A DNA stretch of 64,000 bases from Narcine bancroftii (lineage: Eukaryota): assembly GCF_036971445.1 (NCBI RefSeq), contig NC_091482.1, forward strand, positions 18,228,001-18,292,000. The letters are read 5' to 3'. Shown piece after piece: positions 55,901 through 64,000 of the stretch (position 1 is its first letter; each line of letters opens with the position of its first letter). Below the pieces are notes generated by a model that was given only the letters and a program-made list of their open reading frames with translations, was not told the DNA's origin and did no database searches. Both the position numbers and the translations under genes were made by a program.

Positions 55901-56352
55901 CATATTAATATTAATTTCTCTATTCTTAAAAAATGTATGGAAGGCAGCAAGAAATCGCAGTAACAAAATCTTTATTCTTTAAAATCTCCAACAATTTCTT
56001 AATAAGCAAAAAGGAAAATTAAGATTCAAAATTCAGTTTTCTTTTAAATGATCATTGAAATAATTCAACATGATTTTAACATAGAATTTACCATTCAATT
56101 TAAAGGTAAACTTTACATTAAGTCTGTTTTATGCTTCCAATGGGATCATTAAATTATTGTCACATACTAATTAATCAGGAGTGCTGCATATTGATAGTTG
56201 ATGAAGAAGTATGAATGTACCTGAGTCTTACAAAACTGTGTTCTACTCTGATCATTGCTCCCAACACCACATCCAGTTGAAATGGAAGGCATCCGCAACT
56301 CTGAAGATTGAACAGGGTTTAAGATTGGTCTTTGCTGAATCTTTGAGGCCAT
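28775..56352 (-). CDS. KIAA0753: KIAA0753 (moonraker/OFIP centriolar-satellite protein), spliced CDS of 17 coding exons, about 938 aa
   Basis: Exons join in consistent phase with GT-AG sites. Motifs match human KIAA0753 as recalled: [71 protein letters not shown]. Syntenic with TXNDC17. Confidence 0.93.
29572..29929 (+). mobile_element. Young 5'-truncated RTE-clade LINE with 11-bp TSD
   Basis: Open frame [16 protein letters not shown]...SHKRACS*, A-rich tail, TSD ACATATGTGAC at 29561-29571 and 29930-29940. Confidence 0.9.
30673..30894 (-). CDS. KIAA0753: KIAA0753 coding exon 16 (SLDELEW...[16 protein letters not shown])
   Basis: AG/GT flanks, phase 2-2, conserved motif. Confidence 0.92.
31696..31816 (-). 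CDS. KIAA0753: KIAA0753 coding exon 15 ([19 protein letters not shown]...)
   Basis: tgcag acceptor, GTAAGT donor, phase 1-2. Confidence 0.88.
32600..32852 (-). mobile_element. V-SINE (HE1-like)
   Basis: Reverse-complement match to the other SINE copies in the window. Confidence 0.8.
32986..33067 (-). CDS. KIAA0753: KIAA0753 coding exon 14 ([18 protein letters not shown]...)
   Basis: Matches human KYQESVRQRYNKIAYADP; phase 0-1. Confidence 0.92.
33325..33920 (-). mobile_element. Internally deleted CMC/Chapaev3-like DNA transposon
   Basis: Frameshifted transposase C-terminus [44 protein letters not shown]. Degenerate TIRs share TTGCTTCCTGA; the left end CATTG is preceded by TTA. Family assignment is from memory. 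Confidence 0.6.
34500..34721 (-). mobile_element. V-SINE (HE1-like)
   Basis: Similar to the copy at 32600. Confidence 0.75.
34908..35078 (-). CDS. KIAA0753: KIAA0753 coding exon 13 ([24 protein letters not shown]...MLQRMEEME)
   Basis: 171 nt, phase 0-0, matches human MMRRMEEME. Confidence 0.92.
35286..36300 (-). mobile_element. Old CR1-type LINE fragment
   Basis: Degenerate reverse CR1 tail and KFADD-like remnant near 36050-36080. Confidence 0.55.
36883..36966 (-). CDS. KIAA0753: KIAA0753 coding exon 12 ([28 protein letters not shown])
   Basis: 84 nt, phase 0-0, tag acceptor and GTGAGT donor. Confidence 0.82.
37690..38490 (+). mobile_element. Decayed Rex1-like RT fragment
   Basis: [11 protein letters not shown]...[20 protein letters not shown] motif. 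Confidence 0.7.
39034..39121 (-). CDS. KIAA0753: KIAA0753 coding exon 11 ([29 protein letters not shown])
   Basis: Matches human RLKPLLVKAQ; phase 2-0. Confidence 0.9.
40062..40151 (-). CDS. KIAA0753: KIAA0753 coding exon 10 ([19 protein letters not shown]...)
   Basis: Conserved LAWLD motif; 90 nt, phase 2-2. Confidence 0.92.
41132..41260 (-). CDS. KIAA0753: KIAA0753 coding exon 9 (IPLKKQKIR...AAGTEAIR)
   Basis: tttag acceptor, AG|GTGGGG donor, phase 2-2. Confidence 0.82.
41480..42668 (+). mobile_element. Decayed CR1-type LINE ORF2 3' part
   Basis: [15 protein letters not shown] remnants and a CR1-like tail (CCTGTTTCTGTGCTCTA). Confidence 0.75.
43328..43467 (-). CDS. KIAA0753: KIAA0753 coding exon 8 ([26 protein letters not shown]...); acceptor uncertain (43470, 43467 or 43464)
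   Basis: Similar to human QQTTVSSRLKMN; GTAAGT donor in phase 2; three tandem in-frame NAG acceptors. Confidence 0.78.
44280..45200 (-). mobile_element. Rex1-like LINE fragment with internal deletions
   Basis: ORF 44800-45084: [12 protein letters not shown]...[14 protein letters not shown]...[13 protein letters not shown]. Confidence 0.85.
45203..45830 (-). mobile_element. CR1-type LINE fragments
   Basis: [21 protein letters not shown] and FKKNLDRYM motifs. Confidence 0.85.
46238..46440 (-). CDS. KIAA0753: KIAA0753 coding exon 7 ([11 protein letters not shown]...KKGVLLPH)
   Basis: tacag acceptor, GTAAGT donor, phase 1-0 fits both neighbours; poorly conserved region. Confidence 0.8.
46531..47291. 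mobile_element. Non-autonomous pogo/Tigger-like element with GC-rich interior
   Basis: TIRs CAGTACAATCCGATTATCCAAAA / TTTTGGATAATCGGAGTTGTACTG; TA on the right flank, CA on the left. Confidence 0.75.
47973..48174 (-). CDS. KIAA0753: KIAA0753 coding exon 6 ([14 protein letters not shown]...LFPHKI)
   Basis: cttag acceptor, GTAAGT donor, phase 0-1, open frame (different from the listed ORF). Confidence 0.85.
48690..49390 (+). mobile_element. Old CR1-type LINE fragments
   Basis: KAFDK and [14 protein letters not shown] remnants. Confidence 0.6.
49758..49979 (-). CDS. KIAA0753: KIAA0753 coding exon 5 ([22 protein letters not shown]...IIDILHQVE)
   Basis: Highly conserved; 222 nt, phase 0-0. Confidence 0.95.
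50916..50978 (-). CDS. KIAA0753: KIAA0753 coding exon 4 ([21 protein letters not shown])
   Basis: Matches human [21 protein letters not shown]; 63 nt, phase 0-0. Confidence 0.9.
52566..52672 (-). CDS. KIAA0753: KIAA0753 coding exon 3 ([36 protein letters not shown])
   Basis: Highly conserved; phase 1-0. Confidence 0.95.
52750..53890 (+). mobile_element. Penelope-like element remnant (GIY-YIG endonuclease region) with an inverted terminal copy
   Basis: 53245-53530 resembles GPK.SF.VK.H.T.ESAG.IYCI..S.CGL.Y....RLGDRF...THFNS; 52785-52890 is inverted relative to 53790-53885. Confidence 0.75.
55004..55607 (-). CDS. KIAA0753: KIAA0753 coding exon 2 (LKFNKDV...[20 protein letters not shown]...DSPPTRDPG...IEELAKK)
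   Basis: 604-nt open frame, phase 0-1, matches human FSVISEERLSYAVHLARRDV. Confidence 0.95.
56221..56352 (-). CDS. KIAA0753: KIAA0753 first coding exon (MASKIQQRP...FCKTQ); exon starts at about 56358
   Basis: tag acceptor 6 nt before ATGG; CAG|GTAC donor in phase 0, matching the next exon. Confidence 0.8.
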
Positions 56353-56887
56353 GAATGCCTATATTGTGAAAATTAATACAACAAAAGAGGACATTCAAGT
56401 AAACAGATGGCAGCAAAACTGAAGTTGAGCAATTAAAACTATAATTTTATTTTTTAAAAGAGAAAAGTCACAACAAAAAGTAAAATCTTGAAAACTAAAA
56501 TTAGTGAACAAATTTAATTATATTTCACACATTTAATTATATTTGGAAAAGCTGGTGATGTTCATTCACTGATAAATGTGTTAAGATTAATTAAAGTATT
56601 TATTATGAAATTACAATATACAATTGAAAATAAACTTAAATCTTGGTTTAATCTTGGTTGTAAGGCAAGAGCATGATTAGAGGCCACATCAGGTTTAGAA
56701 TAACCTAGGCAAAAGATGGATTTAAACACCTGGGTGAAAACTGGAATGGAATCATAAATTGCTATTCTACATAAGGGGAAAAAAAAGTCTTAAAATGATG
56801 ACCTCTGGATATGCAAAAGAACCTCTTGGATGGTAATCAAGAATAAACTACCGCAACATATTAATTGAGTAGATACATTCATAGACT

Positions 56888-57107
56888 GGTATGGTTGGCG
56901 CAGCAGTTGGCACAACACCTTACGGCACCAGCGATCGGGACTGGGGTTCGAATCAAGTGCTGTCTGTAAGAGGTTTATACTTTCTCCCTGTGCTTGCATG
57001 GGTTTTCCCCAGGGGCTCCGGTTTCCTTCCACCTTTCAAAACATACCATGGGTTGAAAGGTAAATTGGGCAGCATGGACTTGTGGGCTGAAATGGCCTGT
57101 TATGTTT
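56888..57107 (+). mobile_element. V-SINE (HE1-like)
   Basis: GGTTCGAATC B-box-like motif and V-domain-like core. Confidence 0.8.
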
Positions 57108-57302
57108 AAATTCTTTAAAAATTTACAATATTTACGACATAAATTCAAAGTCTGCATGTATAGTGAAACTAAAAGGTAATTAAAAAATGAGAACATTGAA
57201 TTCATGAGAATAGTAACAGACTTATGAAATTTGGCAGACAAAATTTAACACAAAGAAAAGTGAAGCAATTAATTTTAACAGGCATTCGGAAACCTTTCAG
57301 GG

Positions 57303-57962
57303 TTGACTCGCCTGGCCTCCCCCCCCCCCCCCCCCCCCCCCCCGGACTCGCCGTGCCCCCCCCCCCCCGGACTCGCCGGCCCCCCCCCCCCCCCCGGACT
57401 CGCCGGGACCCCCCCCCCCCCCCGGACTCGCCGGGCCCCCCCCCCCCCCCGGACTCGCCGGGCCCCCCCCCCCCCGGACTCGCCGGGCCCCCCCCCCCCC
57501 CGGACTCGCCGGGCCCCCCCCCCCCCCGGACTCGCCGGGCCCCCCCCCCGGATTCGCCGGCCCCTCCCCCCGGACTAGCCGGGCGCCCCCCCCGGACTCG
57601 CCGGGCCCCCCCGCTCGCCTGGCCCCCCGGACCCCCCGCGCTCGCCTGGCCCCCCGGACCCCCCCGCTCGCCTGCCCCCCCCCCGGACCCCTCGCGCTCG
57701 CCTGGCCCCCCGGACCCCCCGCGCTCGCCTGCCCCCCCCCGGACCCCCCGCGCTCGCCTGCCCCCCCCCGGACCCCCCGCGCTCGCCTGCCCCCCCCCGG
57801 ACCCCCCGCGCTCGCCTGCCCCCCCCCGGACCCCCCGCGCTCGCCTGCCCCCCCCCGGACCCCCCGCGCTCGCCTGCCCCCCCCCGGACCCCCCGCGCTC
57901 GCCTGCCCCCCCCCCCGGACCCCCCGCGCTCGCCTGGCCCCCCCGGACCCCCCGAACTCGCC
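57303..57962 (-). repeat. Compound C-rich (G-rich on minus) minisatellite in KIAA0753 intron 1
   Basis: Unit 1 GGACTCGCCGGG(C)n with variable C runs (57303-57610); unit 2 about 29 bp CGCTCGCCTG(C)nGGACCCCCCG (57611-57962). Confidence 0.93.
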
Positions 57963-57992
57963 TATCGCCCGGCCCCTTCGCCGCTTTCTCAC

Positions 57993-58109
57993 CTCCAACC
58001 GCCGCCTGCCGGAAGCGGAAATGGATCCGTCCTCCCGCCCCTCCGTCTCTCCGAGGCCCGGGGTTTAAAGTCCGCATCGTGAGATCGCCCTCCCGGCTGC
58101 CGAGAGGAG
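57993..58109. promoter_or_regulatory. KIAA0753/TXNDC17 bidirectional CpG-island promoter, including the probable non-coding KIAA0753 exon 1
   Basis: Minus-strand donor GAG|GTGAGA at 57993; tandem ETS/GABP-type sites CCGGAAGCGGAAAT (58009-58022); GC box CCCGCCCC (about 58034); TXNDC17 ATG at 58110. Confidence 0.8.
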
Positions 58110-58245
58110 ATGGCCGTCGTGGACGTGTCCGGGTTCGAGGAGTTCGTCAAGGCCGTGGATCGGAACCAGGGCAAGAGCATCTTCGCCTATTTCACTGGCT
58201 CCAAGGGCGCCGACGGAGTCAGCTGGTGCGAGGACTGTGTGAGGG
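58110..58245 (+). CDS. TXNDC17: TXNDC17 coding exon 1 (contains the CXXC motif)
   Basis: gagATGG Kozak context with an in-frame stop upstream; G|GTGAG donor, phase 1. Confidence 0.95.
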
Positions 58246-61200
58246 GTGAGCGTTGCGGCCACTCCGGCAGCCGCTGATAGCCCGCACTTCGCCCGTTCCC
58301 GCTCCAAACTGGACGGTGACCCCTTCAAATGTCCATCGCGACTAGTATTTGTGTTGGTCCCACTGGTGGGGGGATTGGTTGGGGGGTGGGGGGATTGGTT
58401 GGGGGGTGGGGGGATTGGTTGGGGGGTGGGGGGATTGGTTGGGGGGTGGGGGGATTGGTTGGGGGGTGGGGGGATTGGTTGGGGGGTGGGGGGATTGGTT
58501 GGGGGGTGGGGGGATTGGTTGGGGGGTGGGGGGATTGGTTGGGGGGTGGGGGGATTGGTTGGGGGGTGGGGGGATTGGTTGGGGGGTGGGGGGATTGGTT
58601 GGGGGTGGGGGGATTGGTTGGGGGGTGGGGGGATTGGTTGGGGGGTGGGGGGATTGGTTGGGGGGTGGGGGGATTGGTTGGGGGGTGGGGGGATTGGTTG
58701 GGGGGTGGGGGGATTGGTTGGGGGGTGGGGGGATTGGTTGGGGGGTGGGGGGATTGGTTGGGGGGTGGGGGGATTGGTTGGGGGGGTGGGGGGATTGGTT
58801 GGGGGGTGGGGGGATTGGTTGGGGGGTGGGGGGATTGGGGTAAATAAATCCATCCCTCAAAATATAGCCAAAAGTAATGTTGGATAGAAAATAGATAACA
58901 TATAATTAAGATGTGCTGATATTTAAAAAGGATATTTTGTGCTCCGGTATTTTCATCTTAGTCTGTGATATGATCAGTATTGATCCACCATTAAACCCAT
59001 CCTTACCTAGTTTATCTCTACTAATAAAAAGAAAGAAAATTCCCTAATAATCCAACCCCTCCCTCTAAATAATGTTAACATAAAATATATAGATATGAAT
59101 CGAATAAAGGCTTTCAGATCGGGAATCTCTGGAGCATCTGTACACCTTAAATCTTCAAGTTGTGATAATACATGAATGGGCCCCATATCTTAGCAAATTC
59201 AAACTTAACATCTTTGATTTGTATTTTTTTTCCAAACTTGTATTATGTAACTATTGAATAGGAGAGGGTAAAGAGTTATCTTTTCATTTCATCAGAACTG
59301 CTTGTCTAGCTATCAGAGAGGTAAACACTAAGATTCTCTTTTGGGTTGAAGTCATGGATCTATCAATGGCAATAGTCTTGATTATTCTATTGGTGTTTCA
59401 TGCCAGGCCCTAACTTAATAACAAAAAAGGTCCTACTGGAGCAGCATACAGAATGCTGGAGGAAATCAATGGATCAAAACCTTCAAATTCCCACCTGAAA
59501 GGTCCATAGTTCTTTTTCTCACACTGGGTTCCTCCAATAGGTTGTTTTTATTTGTTCTAGATTCCAACATCCTCTGTGTATCCTGGCTTGAACTCTTTGG
59601 GTTAATTGATCATAGTGGTGTTTGTGTACGGGACAATTTCATCCCTTTCTCACATTTGGGGAGACTGATGGTTTTCTGTCAGATGGTTGCAAGCTTTTCT
59701 TTCAAGGTAACTCATGGTATTAAAAGTGTCTCTGAATCGGTGGCTAGGTTGCTAAACTTGTAGCTTTCCCCATGTGACTATTAAATGTACTTAACTCGAG
59801 AGGTAAAAGAAAACCTGCAAAATAAGTACTATATTTTACATTAGTTATGCACCCTAACCCTGGTTGCCAAAAATATCAAGAGGCTTACTCTGTTTTTCCG
59901 AGCATTTTATTATTAGACAAAAATTGTGTCAATCAGTTTGGTGGCCATTTTGGGTTTGATGAATGTGGTGAAACTACTATTGTATATGTAAATGACATGA
60001 TCTTTTATGTTTGACGCTGGTATCACTGGCTGGCTCGTGACTCCTGCCCTTTATCCCACAGTCCTGCCCCCAGTTCGAGTCCTGGTCAGGGAGAGCCAGC
60101 AACACAAGGGATGCTGTCCATCTCTCACTAATAAAATCTTTCAGTTCCAGTAACTTCAGACTTTGCGTAATTGATCATGCATCAATGAGATTGCTAAATT
60201 GCAGTAATCATCTTGGCAGGATTATCATTGCTGGCAGAATTAAATCAACTTGTTCACTGCCAGCAGATGGCGACTCCTTTGTGAAGTGGGTGGCTGCAAG
60301 AGGAAGTGTGATTAAGAAAGTTGACAAGGACGAGACTAAGGTGCACCCTGGGGTATGAGGCAATTGAACGAGCAGGGCTGACGATCACCCAGAAAGGGAT
60401 TCACCAACTCATCCAGTGGAAAAAAAAAATTTTTTTAAAGTTGAATCACTCCATTTTTTTGTCACTTTAATTGTTTTAGTTTAATTTTGAAAGCTCTGGT
60501 GGAAGGGAAGGACATTACAAGATGGCATAGCATTTGTATCTGAGAAGTGAATTATTCTAAAAAAGTGAAAATACGTTAAAAAGGATTGTTTTTAGTTTTT
60601 ATTAATGAGAAATATATTTTGTAATTAATTTTCTAAACACTTGATAAATCAATGATAAACCAAGGAGATAATTATTGACTTCAGGAAGGAAAAACCTGAG
60701 ATGTACTATCTCAGAGGATCTTTCCTGGACCCAACACACAAATGGCACTGAGACAGAAGTATGTCAGTGCCTCTACTTCCTCAGTTGTTTGCGGAGGTTT
60801 AGTATGAGATCAGTAACCCTGGCAAATTTCTAGAGATGTGTGGTGGAAACTGTGCTGACTGGCTGCAACACCAATACCCTTGAGTGTGAAGCCCTTCAAA
60901 AGGTAGTGGACACAGCCTAGGACATCACAGGTAAAGTCCTCCCCACCATTGAGGACATCTACAGGGGAGCTGCCGTTGGAGAGCAGCAGCACTCTGTTCT
61001 CGCTGCTACCATCAAGATAGAGATTTAGCTGACACAAGACTCTCATCACCAGGTTCAGGAATAGCTGCTATCCTCCTGAGACAAACCCTGCTCCACTCCA
61101 GGTCACGAACTGTGATCAATGCTGGAGTTGTGGGTAGGGTGTGCTCTACATGGGGATCGAGGCTGTTGTAGATGGCATTGGAGCCATGCCCACATTAGAC

Positions 61201-63551
61201 AAGGAACAGCAGGTAGCTTATTATAATGTTTGGTTGTTATAAGTCTGTGCACAAGTTACAAGTATTGGTAATGTTAAGTCCAATGTGACTGATTATACTG
61301 TGTTATGTGATTGAGAGCACCAGTGTGTTATCCGTGTTGTAATTCCCTTGCGTGCATTTTAATAGAGCTCGCCTATGTTCAACAAGTGTCTAGACTTGTT
61401 GCTCTTTGAACCTGCTGAACAAGTTTCCCTTTCCATGCAACACTACAATCTGGCTCCTCAACAACAAACTCAATCAGAAACTCATTTAAGGATTATTACT
61501 TTTGCATTTGATTGTTTTTTCTAAAATTATTTGTTTTCATGTTTGAGAGGTTTTTTTGCACCACTTTGCCTGCAGGAAAAATAACCTCAGGGTTGGATGT
61601 GAGATCATTTTATGTACTCTTGACAATAAATCTGAAATCTGACCTGAATCTAAATTCTAAAATCTGTATTCAATACATCACAAATCTTGCCACAGCAGTT
61701 TGGGTGAATTTTCCAAAACTGATATAAAATGTCTTTATTTCTTCAGCTGAACCAATAGTTCGGGCTGAGTTGGATAAATTACCTGAAGGATCGGTTTTCA
61801 TCTGTTGTCAAACAGGTACCAGGCCAGAGTAAGTGTCTGTTTAAAATTTAAGAAAATTATCTTCAATGGAAGAATTTACTTTCTTATGTAATTGTATACA
61901 AAGCAAGTTAATATCATCAAATGTGGTCTTGTAAAAATGTACTTCCTGACTTAAACAAGAAAAACTGTTCCATTTAATCTTGTTCGACTGTGGGTTCTTC
62001 AAAATAAATTTTAGGAAAGATGGGAGGGGTTGGGGGGGAAAGAAAGAGACTTGGACTTTTATTCAAAGTACTTTTATGCTTAATTTGTGTTTCTAAAATC
62101 AGTTGTGGGATGTTATCTAATTAGACGGTGGCATTCATACTTGTCAAAATTAAAATCAATGCAAATTGCTTTGTGGAATGATTAAATGTTAAGCATAATG
62201 TTCCCATTATGTGGAATGTTACAAATCTTATACTGAGTAAATAACTACCGGTTTAGTAGTTTCAAACTTTTTTTTGATAAATAAAAGTTTTCTTGCTTTG
62301 TTTCGTTGGAAACTAATGTGGTGCAGAAAAACATGTTAATTTTAAAATTGGTGGGATAGTTGGTGGTTTAGGTCTTGATTTTTGGGACATTTTGTATATC
62401 TGCATTGAAACTTGAACTTCACTGCTCCCAGCTGATTGCCAGGTGGAAAAATGCAGTTTGCAGACTGCAAGGTTGCTTAAGCATCATGACACCCTGTACC
62501 AATAATTTTCTTCTTGCCTTTTGTTGGTGTAACTAACATACCTATTTTCATATTATCCTTGACTAGATGGAAGAATCTTGAAAATAAGTTTCGAACAGAA
62601 CTGAAAATTACTAAAGTGCCAACTCTCATGAGATATGGCACGGTGAGTATTCAGTGGATGATTGTTCGAAATTTTGTAAATTGTATTTCATCAACGTTTG
62701 GTCATTGCATTGTGTCTAGATAATTTTTCCTTGCATGGGATGATCATTAACTTGTTTACATTTCCAACTTAAAGTTTGAAATCATAAGTTTAATTCTTTT
62801 TTTTTGTCAAATTATTTTGGCAGTTTTGTCTTTTGAAAAGATCATGTAGTTTTATTGTATCTTGCACCATTTTACCCATTCTTTATTGTCCATGTGATGC
62901 AAAGAATTCTGGTCAAATTGAGATTTATTATTGGGTTAATTAAGAGGATGGGTGTAGTTAAAAAGATTTTAGGTTTTGTACCTTTTTATTAAATTTAAAA
63001 CTATTAGAATCACAAATGCTAAGTATTTCCATCAATCAGGACAAAAAGTTGATGCTTCATAACACTGGCTTTCATTGGTTCTTGCTTTTAATTATTATTG
63101 CTTCAGTCCTGGTTGGAATATTGGATTGGGTGCAGTTCAGGGTTTTTTTTAAAATACTTTGCTGCAAGAGGCATTTTGATTGGTGTTACTTAAAGGAGCT
63201 AGCTAGCAATTAAAATAAAGAATTTGAGAATGCAATGTCATGTCATCAGTTGTAGTTAAAGCCTGCTCAAAACTAATGGGCTTTTGATATAACCTGTGTA
63301 TATGCTAAAATACTATAAAATCTAGTTATTTTTCCTTCAACCTTGCAAATAAATTAAGTTGTTTCCTTTTAAATACCTGGAAATTTGGGGGAGAATGTTT
63401 CAAATTCTGTCACCGTCTAAAATGTTATTAACAGCATAAATTGGTTTGAGACATCATTTTATAAATTGTTCTTGTGTTTCAGCCCCAAAAGCTGATAGAA
63501 ACAGAATTACTCAAGCCAGAACTTGTGCAAATGCTTTTCACAGAAGACTGA
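58110..63551 (+). CDS. TXNDC17: TXNDC17 (thioredoxin-related protein of 14 kDa, TRP14), 4 exons, 120 aa
   Basis: Join 58110-58245, 61747-61828, 62567-62642, 63483-63551: [120 protein letters not shown]. Confidence 0.96.
58364..58840 (+). repeat. 20-bp minisatellite GGGGGGATTGGTTGGGGGGT, about 24 copies, in TXNDC17 intron 1
   Basis: Read directly; nearly homogeneous, with two single-G length variants. Confidence 0.96.
59964..60184 (+). mobile_element. Probable solo LTR
   Basis: TG...CA ends, internal AATAAA near the 3' end, flanks atgaa / atgag (5-bp TSD, one mismatch). Confidence 0.55.
60258..60275 (+). promoter_or_regulatory. Candidate CTCF site
   Basis: CCAGCAGATGGCG matches the CTCF core consensus CCASYAGRKGGCR. 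Confidence 0.55.
60640..61650 (+). mobile_element. Rex1-like LINE 3' fragment (same family as 19422-20100), split by a solo LTR
   Basis: Colinear with 19422-20100 on both sides of 61077-61442. Confidence 0.75.
61077..61442 (+). mobile_element. Probable solo LTR inserted in the LINE fragment
   Basis: TG...CA ends, 4-bp TSD ctcc / ctac, and it interrupts the host repeat exactly. Confidence 0.65.
61747..61828 (+). CDS. TXNDC17: TXNDC17 coding exon 2
   Basis: cttcag acceptor, GTAAGT donor, 82 nt, AEPIVRAE... Confidence 0.95.
62567..62642 (+). CDS. TXNDC17: TXNDC17 coding exon 3
   Basis: [25 protein letters not shown], 76 nt, GTGAGT donor. Confidence 0.95.
63483..63551 (+). CDS. TXNDC17: TXNDC17 coding exon 4
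   Basis: [22 protein letters not shown] after a tttcag acceptor. Confidence 0.95.
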   Translation, partial: PQKLIETELLKPELVQMLFTED

Positions 63552-64000
63552 AAATTTCATAATGTTTTTTTTAAGATCTCGTGACCAAAACGATTCAACC
63601 TGATTTTGCTGATTTTAAATTGAATGCAGATTTTTCCAGATGACAAACTGTAAACAGCATTTCTAATATTGGCTTTAACTGTTCTGTAATGAGAGGAGTA
63701 TGTTTAGACAATTCTTCAGATATTAAGGCAACGTTTAAATGTTTTTGCAGAATGCTTTCAAAATGTTCAAAGGAATGTATATAATTACAAGCCCAATCTC
63801 ATTTTGATTGCAGTTTATGACCTTCCACAGCTTTTATTATTTTGCTGCTAATGTCTTAAGCTATTGTAGTATTAAGTGGCTAAAGTTTGGAACAACATAT
63901 TTCCCATTGTAAGATCAGTTATGAATAATTGATGTGCTGAATCTAATGATAGGGAAAAATCTTACTGCAACAGTATAGCATTTCATTTCAATCACCTCTC

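Noticed and set aside
57202-58887. Long Gly/Pro-rich ORFs on both strands (up to 341 aa)
   Set aside because: They arise from GC-only tandem repeats; the real coding frame here is TXNDC17 exon 1.
63833-63838. Minus-strand AATAAA as the poly(A) signal of a convergent MED31 expected from synteny
   Set aside because: No MED31 coding sequence is visible in the window and the hexamer is common in AT-rich DNA.

Overview
Vertebrate genomic DNA, most likely a cartilaginous fish (inferred from HE1/V-type SINEs, CR1, Rex1-like LINEs and Penelope remnants). The window holds the syntenic block PITPNM3 (-, first coding exon only) - KIAA0753/moonraker (-, 17 coding exons, about 938 aa, plus a probable non-coding exon 1) - TXNDC17/TRP14 (+, 4 coding exons, 120 aa). 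KIAA0753 and TXNDC17 are head-to-head on a very short CpG-rich bidirectional promoter. Introns and intergenic DNA are filled with decayed transposable elements (hAT, Tc1, pogo-like, Chapaev3-like, Penelope, RTE, Rex1-like, CR1, solo LTRs, SINEs). Highlights: (1) each of the three genes has a GC-rich, G-quadruplex-prone minisatellite at the start of intron 1, two of them built from promoter motifs (GC box, CCAAT box), and two mirror-arranged around the bidirectional promoter; (2) TXNDC17 has an atypical WCEDC active site instead of WCPDC; (3) a 1.15 kb interlocked double palindrome of five hAT MITE units whose origin by template switching can be reconstructed. Gene identities rest on my manual translation and recall of the human proteins, not on a database search. 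Most TE boundaries are approximate, and most of the supplied ORFs are spurious.
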